A stretch of 63,920 nt of DNA, counting the filler, from Folioceros fuciformis (taxonomy: Eukaryota): the NCBI GenBank assembly GCA_049999805.1. It is 8 parts of 8 records of this genome, joined end to end, with 100 filler letters (N's around TTAATTAATTAA, not from the genome) between each part and the next. Parts side by side here need not be neighbours in the genome. Positions count along the whole stretch, not along the records: positions 11,433 to 16,467 come from JBNGIO010001252.1; positions 16,568 to 24,488 come from JBNGIO010001253.1; 6 more parts are not named here. The stretch is one strand, 5' to 3'. How positions within the stretch are numbered: the stretch's first letter is position 1; each line of letters begins with the position of its first letter. The notes beneath the pieces were generated by a model. That model saw only the letters and a program-made list of their open reading frames with translations, was not told where the DNA came from and did not search any database. The position numbers and the translations under genes are program-made. Below, in pieces: positions 11,433-22,099 of this stretch.

Positions 11433-12145
11433 GCGTGGTCAACCTGTGAGCATACGATTGGTCGATCCCTTATTCCTGCCATACTAGTTGTTGGACCAAT
11501 GGCAGGGTCCAACCATTTGTCTTTGTCATTCACAATCTTACACAATGCACTTTTAGAAGCTGCTATTAAGAACTTCTCTGTTGTCCATCTAGTCAACTCC
11601 TTAAGTGTGCAAGAGTGTTAAACATAATATTCCCAAACCTCTTTCTTTTGTTACTTTGTTAGGGTAGCATGCTTGCACAACGACTTGGGCGGCATTGTTC
11701 CTACACCTTAAAGAGAATGGGTAAGGAACACATACAAAATATCTCATAGCAAGACAACAATTTACAACACCATAAGACTACTTGTACAATGAAACAACTT
11801 ATGTACTAAGAACAATACTTCTGATCACAAAGCATAGTGTATAGAACTACTACATATATAAGCCTAATTTCGATGACTGTCTATGTTTTATGATATAATC
11901 TTTATAGCCTTTAACTTGATATAATTTCAATAACTCATGATTTAATTTTGATAAATCAGTTTTCTTATTTTTTTAATTTGTATTTTTCTTTTTACAGAGA
12001 TATACTTACATTAAATATTTGGAAGATATATTCCCATTTACAAATTAGAGGTTTCCATTTAACATGTAACACATTAAGGAAGTAAGCCCAGGCGTTCCAT
12101 TTAAAAGGGGTTCCATTTATAGGGTCTTAGAGGGATTTGACTATA
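11433..12145 (-). mobile_element. pogo/Tigger-like (Tc1/mariner) DNA transposon, 5' end with decayed CENP-B-type HTH transposase start
   Basis: From ATG at 11695: MPPKSLCKHATLTK*QKKEVWEYYV*HSCTLKELTRWTTEKFLIAASKSALCKIVNDKDKWL...RDRPIVCSQVDHA, which resembles pogo/CENP-B N-terminal HTH. Terminus TA|TAGTCAAATCCCTC at ~12143 resembles pogo TIRs (CAGT.AAACCTC), with subterminal AAATGG(A/G)A repeats. Truncated by the spacer. Confidence 0.6.
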
Positions 12146-12669
12146 TCTTAGGGTTTAAGGTTTAGGGTTAGTGGAACTGGGACAAGTTCAGAGCTAATCT
12201 CAACAATACTACCATCCTGGATGTTGACACGTCGTCCGCTGCTGTCATTACCTAAGGCGACACCTCGAATTGCTCCTTGATTGGCACATCAATTTGGCTG
12301 CGCCATCGGCAAGCAAATTTGTGTGCCTCATACAGGTGTTGCGAATTCGCAGGTGCTGCAGCAGCCCTGGATGGGATGGATCAATCCAAATGCAACAACG
12401 TCTCCATGGAGCAGCCACGTGCACGGCTATAACTCCGTTGGGCGCGCTGTCGTCTTGCTCCCTGTCTCGCAGCCAGAAAGCAGTCACGGCTATTGCCTGA
12501 TGGGTGCGAGAAAACAAACACACACGATTCGAACTCATCCTGAACATAAACGACCGCGCGGTACAATGAATGTCTGTTCGCGTATCCGAGTCCTTCTCGA
12601 CCTTCTTCGGCGTGCTCACTTCTCTCACAGCTGGTCCTTACTTCTTTGAGCTTGTAACAACATCAGATC

Positions 12670-14339
12670 ATGGACAGAGTGTCGAGTCCTAGACCTTGGC
12701 CATCCTCGTCTGCACCAGGTACTGCTTCTTCCAGGACCAGGCTTGTTACAACACTTTGGGGCAGGGGAGGCAGGATTTCCTTCTCCCGAGAACCTAGAAT
12801 TGTTCAGGCACAAAACTCATCTGAAGGCTGCTCCGAGAAGGAAAATGCGCGGATCCATGAAAATAGGTAGTCCACACAAAGTTTGTTAATGCACCTTGCG
12901 ACAAGAAAATTGCAGAGTCTGGACGGGCCAGAAGTGCGCATTGCTGATTACTTTGACATCGTCGCGGGAACTAGTACTAGGGGCCTGGTTGCTGGCCTTC
13001 TCAACGTTGTCGACCCTGCTACTAATCGACCTCGCCACTCAGCTAAGGATGTAACCTCATTCTACTTGAACGAGGCCAAAGTAATCTTTCCGACAGCAAA
13101 ATTCTCGTGAGTGTTACGACTCCCCATGGTTCTTCCCTCACTCGTCCTGAACCATGCACCGCCATGACAGATGGTCAAATGGCTACCCCTGAAGGTTAAG
13201 GGCAAACCGGACGCATGACAGCTGTCGAACTTTGTTGTGCACTGGTGCACTGGTGCAGTGGCTGGTTGGGACGAGTCTGGAGCAATGTGTCGCTTCTCCT
13301 TGGCCCCAGGTATTCTGCCAAGGCCATTGAACAGCTCTTAACTCAGCATTTTGGTGACATCCGATTGCATGAAACATTTTGGTGACATCCGATTGCATGA
13401 AACATTTTCGGATGGACTGCTTCCTGTCTTCGATGTGAAGATGGAACAGCCAAGGTTCCTTTCCAAGATAGAGGTAAATCGCTGTGCAGTACTCCGTGTG
13501 TCACCAAGATTGCTCGTCAGCATGTGCAACATCCAAATCACATATTGAGTCCAACTTCCAGACAATTTTTACTTTGCAATTCAACAGGCAGGGAGGAATC
13601 CGCTTCTCGATCCGCTCCTGCGACAGGCTTGCCGGGCCACAACTGCTGCCCCCACCTACTTCCCAACAGCGTATTTCAAAACCTCGGATCCCTCGGGCAG
13701 AGAAGAGGAATTTAACTGTGTGGATGGAGCCATCTCAAACGGCAACCCGGTGAGCGCCGAGATCCTCAGGCGTGTTCGGCCTTGAGTTTTGCGCATCCAG
13801 GGCTTGATCATCAAGATGATCCCAGAACATGCGCATAGTAATTGCCCGTACTCTGATCCGCAGACATTCGCCGCAATCTTGCATGGCGTACAACACATGC
13901 ACCGGGCCCGGCCTGGGCACCAGTTTAACGAAATTCGCATGTTCCAGGTCAGTAGCTGCCAGGTAGCATGCTTGTCATGTCATGTCGGCAACTCACGCAG
14001 ATGTACGTCCTATGCTGTCTGCATGCATCTTGACAATGAAAGGTGGTCTGCATGTGTGTCATCTAGGTGGTACAGTGAGACATAAGTGAGGGACGACTGG
14101 TGATGAGACCCGAGAAGGATACCAACGCTGAAGCTCTGAGAAGGTTTTTATGCTCCTGTAAGTTTCACCGCCATGTGCGCGCTGGGGCAGACATTCGGCA
14201 CGGTCGCTTACATTGGGCAGACCCTCACTCGAGCATGTTCTCTTCCTGTGGTAGATTCGCTGGCGTGTTGTCTGGCGAAAGAAGAGCTCGGTTGTTTCCA
14301 ATGCAAACCCAACAAGCGGCCAGCGAAGAGAACAATTGA
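12670..14339 (+). pseudogene. Patatin-like phospholipase A pseudogene
   Basis: LDGPEVRIADYFDIVAGTSTRGL, ACRATTAAPTYFP, FNCVDGAISNGNP and TNAEALR|RFAGVLSGERRAR. Gly-rich DGGGxRG loop is degenerate. A 28-nt tandem duplication (13347-13402) frameshifts to a stop; there is a further in-frame TGA near 14078 and apparent loss of the central C-terminal segment. Confidence 0.8.
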
Positions 14340-15176
14340 CGGGACTGGACAGAGGACACCGGCTGTGTCCCTAGTTCACTGTACGTGATAACTCTTGTGC
14401 CTAGCATCTACTTCACTTCATTCTGAAGTAGCGTTCCGAGTAAAAGTTTCTCTTTCCCGTTGTTGTCACCTACGTTGGCTCCGTATTAGTTGAATGTGTT
14501 ACTCCCAGTCCAGATATTTTAAGCTCCATTGTACCAATTCCGCCTTACGATCTCAACAGTTATGGCACTCCAGGAACCACTCGCGGTGCAAAGCTGCATC
14601 AAGTCCACACCTACAAAAGGGGGTGGCGGGCATTCCAATTCCAAGAGTCGGATTCTCCAGTCAGACGAAGCTGAAATTGCGCACCTTCTTCCCTAAACGA
14701 TCACCGCTTCAGAAACTTGACAAATGTTGAACTCTATCAAACATTTCTGAACACGCAGGATCGTGGAGACCGACCGAGTAGAGTCCTTCAGGACCGTGAA
14801 TATTTTTCCACCAGATAGAAGCCAGCGGGCCTTTACATTCTCCCGCCTAAATACTTGGACGTGGCTCATGGCTTTCCGGGCCAATAAATGTGTCCAACAA
14901 GCCTGTAGAAAAGAAGCATATGAGAGGCTAAAACACAGCGTACGGCAGATCAAATAGCAACACTAACCTGTACTAAAATGCAGAATACTAACCGCAAGCA
15001 TTAACGGATGGAATTATTGCAGAGCAAACTTCTGTGCTAGAACAGAAGAGTTTGCGTACGAAAGAGAAGGACAGGATGCTTCCCCACATTTTCATTTCAT
15101 TTTCATGGCTTATCGTTTGACTTCAAAAAGCCGTAGTGGCCTTCTGTTGCAACTTACTGTACAACGGGATGTGGCG

Positions 15177-16467
15177 TCACGAGTGACCTTTGAAGGATAT
15201 AAAGATTGTCCAAACCATGCCAAGAAGTCCTGCAGCAGCCACCTGCAAAAGGCAACAAACTGAGATGCATGAAACAACAAAACCCACATTCCGTTGGTAG
15301 GTATTGACAACACCATATTCACATATTGCACTAGCAAGAGACGAGATGAAGTAAAAAAAAAGGAACAACCACTTTCCCAGGGTTGAGAGTTTGCCAAGAC
15401 TCAGCCCAAGCACCTGTAACTGTGGAGGTACAAGCCCGAAGTTGACGATCTGAAATGGTATCCAGACCTTCCAGTTGGCAATAACAGTTGGCAGCCAATC
15501 CTGCCAGTCAGCCAGGGCAGGATCAGACATCGCTGCTGCATCATCCATTTCTGTGCAGCCATTTGCAGTGATGGCAAAGTAGGAGAAAACAGGGGAGAGT
15601 AACGAATTACCTTCTCCAATTTTGCAGAGATTTGATGCTGACGGCCTTCGAGCGTTAGAAGTACGATAAAAAAGTTGAGCATCCCAATGGGCGTGAACAC
15701 AAGCTGCACGTTAGCAGGCATGTGAGGAGGTGGCCTCCAAACAGTGGTTGCTATCCATTTAGAATTCCGGACATACTAAATGACATAAGAATAGGTTGGC
15801 CAGGAGACAGCATGAGAGTTGCTGATGTGTACTTGATCAGCGGCAATGCGTAGAGCCAACCCCCTCAGTCCAGGTGCCGGGATCACCCTGGGCAGAAGCC
15901 CGTACCTGCAGCCAAGGACTCGTGAGAAATTAAGTTGTAGGAAAAACTTCTCTTGAGTAAACCACACTACAACAATCCGCCTACCAGTAGTGCATGCCTG
16001 GTCCACTTATAAACAACCCTATCGCAATGAAGGAAAGCAGGCGTTGAATATCAACCTTCTCCGCATTTTCAATCCCGAACTGCACAAAACCGATGTCTCA
16101 CAGTCAAACCAGAAAAAGCCAGATCAAGCCACCGAAACAGAGAGTTCCCATCTCTGCCACAATCACTCCAAGCAAAAGTAAGCCCACGTGCCATCCCACA
16201 CCAGAATCCTCAAAACCTGTACCTGACAAATCAAGTCGGCCAAGCCATTCATCAATCCGTTCGTCAAGCCCTTCACCACCACGGGATTCCTGTCCAAAGA
16301 CTGGAGATACCTGCACACAGGGAGTATCAGCGCGGGCATGACGAACACCCGCAAAGCCCTGGCCCTAAATCAAAACCTGCACCTGCTCCACAGAATCGCA
16401 CCGAACGAAGGCCCGGAGCCATCACGCTTCCCACCAGCCCCCTCCTCGCCACCCCCGCCTCCGCCGC
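15177..16467 (-). CDS. Mpv17/PMP22 family membrane protein, 5' end cut by spacer
   Basis: Spliced: YLQSLDRNPVVVKGLTNGLMNGLADLICQ ... GPGMHYW|YGLLPRVIP...IAADQ|LVFTP...|DWLPTVIANWKVWIPFQIVNFGLVPPQLQ|VAAAGLLGMVWTIFISFKGHS*. A Gly-rich linker lies at the truncated end. Confidence 0.9.
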
Positions 16468-16567
16468 NNNNNNNNNNNNNNNNNNNNNNNNNNNNNNNNN
16501 NNNNNNNNNNNTTAATTAATTAANNNNNNNNNNNNNNNNNNNNNNNNNNNNNNNNNNNNNNNNNNNN
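16468..16567. other. Artificial contig spacer
   Basis: N44-TTAATTAATTAA-N44. Confidence 0.97.
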
Positions 16568-17589
16568 CCATACTCATCAGCTGTAGGGAGTTTGATGTAT
16601 GCAATGATTGCTACACGTCCTGACATTGCTTTTGCAGTGGGAGTGGTTAGCAGGTTCATGTTAAACCCTGGCAGGAAGCATTGGGAGGCAGTGAAAGGAG
16701 TTATGAGGTATTTGAATGGTACAAAAGCTTTGTGCTTATGTTTTGGTAGTGAAGATGCATCTGTAGTGGGATATACGGATGCTGATTATGCAGGGGATAT
16801 GGACAAAAGGAGGTCCACATCATGTTATATCTTCATGTGCACTGGAGGGGCAGTCTCATGGCGATCTCGTTTGCAATCGTGCATAACGCTATCTACCACA
16901 GAGGCCGAGTATGTTGCAGCGACTGAGGCTTGCAAGGAAGCCATGTGGCTTGCTCGTTTAGTGGGAGATTTGGGGATCAAGGGTGAGCTGCTAGTGTTGC
17001 ATTGTGATAGCCAGAGTGCTATCTAGTTGGCGAAGAATCCAGTGTTTCATGCGAAGACCAAACATGTGAAGTGAAGTATCACTTCATTCGAGAGGTGTTG
17101 GAAGACAAGAGGGTACAGCTTGTCAAAGTTCACATCAGTCAGAACCCTGTAGATGTTCTTACCAAGGGGCTCTCTACGGAGCAATTCGCACAAGCTCGGA
17201 CACTCATGGGCATGAGCTAGACCACTCTCTTATGAAGGTAAATTGGCCTTTAAGTGGGAGGTTGTAGGGTTATTAAAGCCCAATGTGCTTAGGCTAATGT
17301 GTTTAGTCTAAGATTAGTGTCTAGTTAATGTGCTTAGACTAATGTGTTTAGTCTAAGATTAGTGTCTAGTTAAGTATCATTAGTTTAGATTAGCTTACGC
17401 TAATCTGTAGGAAGCTTCTTGCGCAGCTTCCTGTGAGCTTCTTGTGAAGCTTCCTAGGGAGCTCTTCTAGAGGGTATAAATACCCCCTTGAGCTTCCTTG
17501 CCAACTACTCTCAATGTGACCTCTTTTTCTCCTCTCCTCTCTACCTCCTCTTCTCCTCTTCTCCACCATGCTCCTCTAGTGATCCTACA
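16568..17589 (+). mobile_element. Ty1/copia LTR retrotransposon 3' part (RT end, RNase H, PPT, 3' LTR), defective
   Basis: YSSAVGSLMYAMIATRPDIAFAV, GYTDADYAGD, LSTTEAEYVA, CDSQSAI*LAKNPVFHAKTKH (in-frame stop, then frameshift). Purine tract AAGTGGGAGG precedes an LTR at 17263-17589 bounded by TGTAGG...CCTACA, with TATAAATA and an internal 45-nt duplication. Confidence 0.93.
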
Positions 17590-18560
17590 CATGCTAACTC
17601 ATAATTGAATTGTTAATGTTGTTCTTTTGTAATCCTGTAGTCTTGTGCTGTTATTTATTTGAATTTTTTTCTTCGTAAAAAAAATTATCAAGAAATTGTA
17701 TGTTACTCTTCATCATTCAAGTAAGAAGACTACTGCTTTGCGTGAATTGCAAGTGCAATTTAGAAATACAAGTCTTAACTGTATCAGGAATTCATGATGT
17801 TCATTAATTGTTTAGAGATCAAGCTATTAGTAGAATAATTTGTCTATTATCAGCTTTACTTAAATTTGCTTAAATTTCCTCAAGAAGATGAGAGTCTAAA
17901 TTGGCCAAAAGCCAACAAGGCCAAGTAATTCTTCTTCTTTGCAGGGGAAGACTATTTTCCAAGCTTTATTACCTACTAAGGCTTTATTTGCATTTCATTT
18001 TTAATCATATACTTTAAAGGTCTTTAATTCCTTGAATACTAACTTTCAACGTGATTAGCTAGAGCTATTTAGCATAGCTTCCCTCATAGATTCTATTGTT
18101 GAACAGGTCAAAAGTATGTATAAAGTTGATAGGGTAGAGAGTGGGAAGTAAAAAGCTTTTCTCTTTCATTAAAAGCTTGAAAACAAATCATAGAATGTGA
18201 GGATTTTGTAATATTTGACTACTTTGAAAGCGAACTAAGTTCTTGGATTTTGTAATATTTGACTACTTTAAAAGCGAACTAAGTTCTTACATCGCTAGTG
18301 CTAATAAATATGCTTTAGTTGTTGTTAATGCAATTAATAATAAGTTTTCTAATCTTTGTGTATTGCATGCTTGTCGTTTATTCAATCCTAAATTTATCCT
18401 AAAGATGTGGATGAGCGTATACAGTTAGTTAATAGTTTGTTAGAGATATTGTTAAAAAAGTTTGGAACTAACTCTTTGGATGCAAATACTAATGTTGTCG
18501 ACCCTTTTGTAGTTGATGAGTTCTGTTAAGCTGAGTTGTTAACATTTGTGTCAATCTTAA
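17590..18560 (+). mobile_element. Degenerate hAT-type (ZNF862-like) transposase remnant
   Basis: Fragments FHHSSKKTTALRELQ, GIHDVH*LFRDQAISRII (cf. hAT 'RWLSR..AI.R'), TFQRD and AINNKFSNLCVLHACRLFNP. AT-rich with many stops. Possible CAGGG-type terminus (reverse complement CAGGGTGTCATTTTG) ending at 19409. Confidence 0.5.
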
Positions 18561-19884
18561 AGTCTTTGTCGTGCCATCAAGGCAATAGTCATGGATACTT
18601 GTTCCCAAAAAACACACACAGCCTATTCCTCATCCTCGAGGATCCACAAGTTCAATCACTAAACATCAGCTACTAATCAATTCAAGCTCCTTCCAATCAC
18701 TTGGAGAATTAGTGCTTCGTGACAATCTGGCTATTAGTTTACTTAGCAGACATCAGACATCAGACAATCCGCCTTCTTCTCCGAATGCCCCCTTATTTAT
18801 CATATGGGCCATCCTTCTCAATGATTGCTAACGGGCCCGCAACTCCCATTATTCTTAACAATGCCTTTATTGTTACCATTATTCTACATATTCTTCCTGC
18901 CCGGTCATAAGTGTAAGTATTAACTATAGCGTTCACTATTATTCCATGACATCTTCTTGTGTTGGATTAAGTATATTAGCAGCTTACAAAATATACTCAA
19001 CAACTCGCGTGTGAGTAATACTAACATCCTTTATGTTACGTAATTGTGAATTATGTTTGGTCATACCTTGTAGTACTGCGAGGGGGGATTTTCTAAACAA
19101 AACTTTGTGATGAATAACATGATAACTAATCATAATATTCTGACCCTTAATGCATTGACGAGTATATCTATCAATGGTCTCCCTATTAGGGACATAGGTA
19201 TTTTTAAAGCTTGGGAAAACCAGCCCCAATGATAGAATATACTAAAAATTTATATTTTAATCTTATTTATAAATTATTTATTTAATATATATTATATTTA
19301 ATGACCAAGGGTCGAAAAAAGGCAGGGTCCCTGCTCAGTCCAGGTCCGAGCGTAGCCGGGCTAGGCGGTCCCGGGGACTGAGCCAGTACTCGGTCAAAAT
19401 GACACCCTGCGGATGAGCAGACTCATATCCTACTTGTGCAATGATGTATGGAGTTTAAAGTGCAGACGAGTTCCTAAACACCTATGCGTTTCCGGAAGGT
19501 TGATCCTGGGCTTTCATGTCCGAACCGTGCCAGTAGTCAGAGCCTACGCTCGTTGTTCGTTGGCCCCGTGAACCTGAGTTGGGCCAGCGAAGAGCGAGTC
19601 GTGCTTCCAAGCGCGTCATTCTTGGTCTAACCTAACAAGGAGGTTAGCACAGTTTTCTAATTTGAAATAAAATTAACTATGAATTCCTAGATGCACCACG
19701 GATGATTTCGCCTTCACCACCAACGTGGGCCAGTGTTCCACTCGACTCTGGCTACCTTTGAGAGTCACAGGCCTGCTAAAAGTCCTTCTCATCTTCTAAT
19801 CCAAGATTACTGTCTTTATCTCTTGCCGTGTATAGCTAGCTCTACACCATATCTCTTTATGGCAATCTATCACACCCATATACA

Positions 19885-21079
19885 CTACCTTCCATCTTGC
19901 ACACTACTATCTTGCGTACCTGATCTTTTAACAGATTGGGACTCTGAATCAGAGCGATGTGACTCAGGCAGCCACCTCCGTACCTCCACTGGCTTCACTT
20001 CCAAGCTTTCCAAGTCCTGAATTAGGAGGCCTGAGAAAGATGTAACTCTGGGAACAACGTAAAGCAACAGAAGAGTCTGCACAACCACACTTTACGTCAG
20101 ACCACCCACCCGACCATAGCAAGCCACCCATTGCCGAAAGAACAGTAGCATTGCTGTGCTTACCTTGGAGACACTGCCACAAAGGCGGTTCATGGCATGA
20201 ACATCCGCCCAGTTAGCAACTCTTTGCCTCTGCTCACCTTCTGGCACAATGATGACAGCATATCTGCAGATGAAGCAGGCCTGAAGGACCATACGCACAA
20301 TAAAACGGAGACCATGAATGAAAGAGTTGCCTGGCATGAGGGATGAAACGCACTGCGAGTGAACCAGCTCAGGATGATGACGATAAGCAAGAAAGTCGGC
20401 TCCATACTGATGGCCTGACCTCACCACCCAGTGTCGTTCACGCAAATACAGAAACCCCTTGTACCGCTGACGAAAGAAGGCCCGACCCCGCACCATACAG
20501 GTCCAAAGCTCCGCGCAAGTCAGCAGTTTCTGCCCCTGCAAAACATGAAGTCAGCGAGTGACCTGGTGTCGAAGGGCTGAAGATTCTACTAAGCTAGGAA
20601 TCGGACCTCGGGTCCAAAACTGTAGATGTGGAGACAACCCATGTGATGACAAAGGAAAAAGGCCTCCTCCAAGCCTAGATGCATCATCAGGCCATCACTC
20701 TTCTCCTGCACATCCAGTATCCGAGCTGGGCCTGTCAAACATAAGCATACCACGTTAGTAATGACATGGACCACGCCATCCGCTCGACTCCAACCTCCTC
20801 AGCATGTCACTACATACGTGCCGGCAAGTGAGCATCCCGCAGAGCAACCTTTGAAGGTGCAGCGGCTGGGAGGACCAAGGTTCCGAAGCATGCTCGGCTC
20901 AAAATAGCTGCTTGTGTAGAGGTTGCCATAACAAGAACTGCACTCTGCGCCACATGCCCTTCCATCGGGGCCCATCTCCGCATCTCATCATACAAAACAG
21001 ACAAAGGATCCATCTGAGCCGCAGATTTTCCCCCGCTCTTCCATGTCCCTCTGTCACAAGGATAATCCTGCTCTACCAT
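19885..21079 (-). CDS. SEN2: tRNA-splicing endonuclease catalytic subunit Sen2, 5 exons
   Basis: LSRACFG, LGLEEAFFL, YLRERHWVVRSGHQYGADFLAYRHHPELVHSQ|YAV, NRLCGSVSK|TLLLLYV, VRRWLPE. Catalytic Tyr/His/Lys are all present. Confidence 0.92.
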
Positions 21080-21231
21080 CGTATCCAGTCCCCGTTCCGA
21101 AGAGGGAAAGCAGCCACCATTAAAGAGGCAAGCCGCCAACATTAGGGTTTCCATATAAACGGCCTCGTTGCACAACGCATAACCCTTTCAGTCGGACTGC
21201 CGAGGACGAGAGGAGCTTCTGAACTGCAGTC
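21080..21231. promoter_or_regulatory. Very short bidirectional promoter/5'UTR region between SEN2 and RPL12, with telo-box
   Basis: Start codons at 21079(-) and 21232(+). TTAGGGTTT at ~21142 and AAACCCT at ~21180. Confidence 0.6.
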
Positions 21232-21809
21232 ATGCCGCCTAAACTAGACCCCTCGCAGGTGGTGGAGGTGTTCGTGCGGGTGACTGGTGGTGAGGTAGGA
21301 ATTGATCATGCCATCATTGTGTGCCTGTGTGTTTGTCTGTTGTGGGGAAGTGCTGACAAGGATTTGCTTCGAAGGTGGGAGCGGCCTCGTCGTTGGCCCC
21401 GAAGATCGGGCCTCTAGGTTTGTCACCTAAAAAGGTGGGAGAAGACATCGCCAAGGAGACTGCAAAGGATTGGAAGGGTCTGCGGGTGACTGTGAAGTTG
21501 ACGGTGCAGAACAGGCAAGCCAAGGTATCCGTGGTCCCAAGTGCGGCCGCTCTGGTCATCAAGGCTCTAAAGGAGCCCGACAGGGATAGGAAGAAGGTGA
21601 AAAATATCAAGCACAACGGGAACATCAGCCTCGATGACGTGATTGAGATCGCGAAAATCATGGCCCATAGGTCCATGGCCAAGCAGCTGGCGGGAACGGT
21701 GAAGGAGATTTTGGGGACCTGTGTGTCTGTAGGATGCACTGTGGACGGCAAGGACCCCAAGGTCCTACAAAGCGAGATTGACGATGGCACGGTGGAGATT
21801 CCAGAGTAG
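21232..21809 (+). CDS. RPL12: 60S ribosomal protein L12 (uL11), one intron 21295-21374
   Basis: [50 protein letters not shown]...[19 protein letters not shown]. Confidence 0.98.
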
Positions 21810-22099
21810 GGTAGGAAGTACACAAGTAGCTCTGCGGCTGCAGCACCTGTGACGGGTGTGTTGTTTCTTTTGCGATGCAATAATTTTTTTTGAGACCAAA
21901 ATATATTTCTTGCCCGGTGCGAAGCAATTTGTACTGGTTTACCTGTGCCTCTTTGCTCTTTGTTTGCTTCTCTTCGGATCTCGTCGTCCGCGGTCTCGCA
22001 TGTATGTAAGTGACACCGCCAGGAATACTGTGATGGGTGGAAGAGCTCCGTACGAGGGCGACACCAGACAGGCCTTCCCTAAAATGAAGTTTCTCTTCC

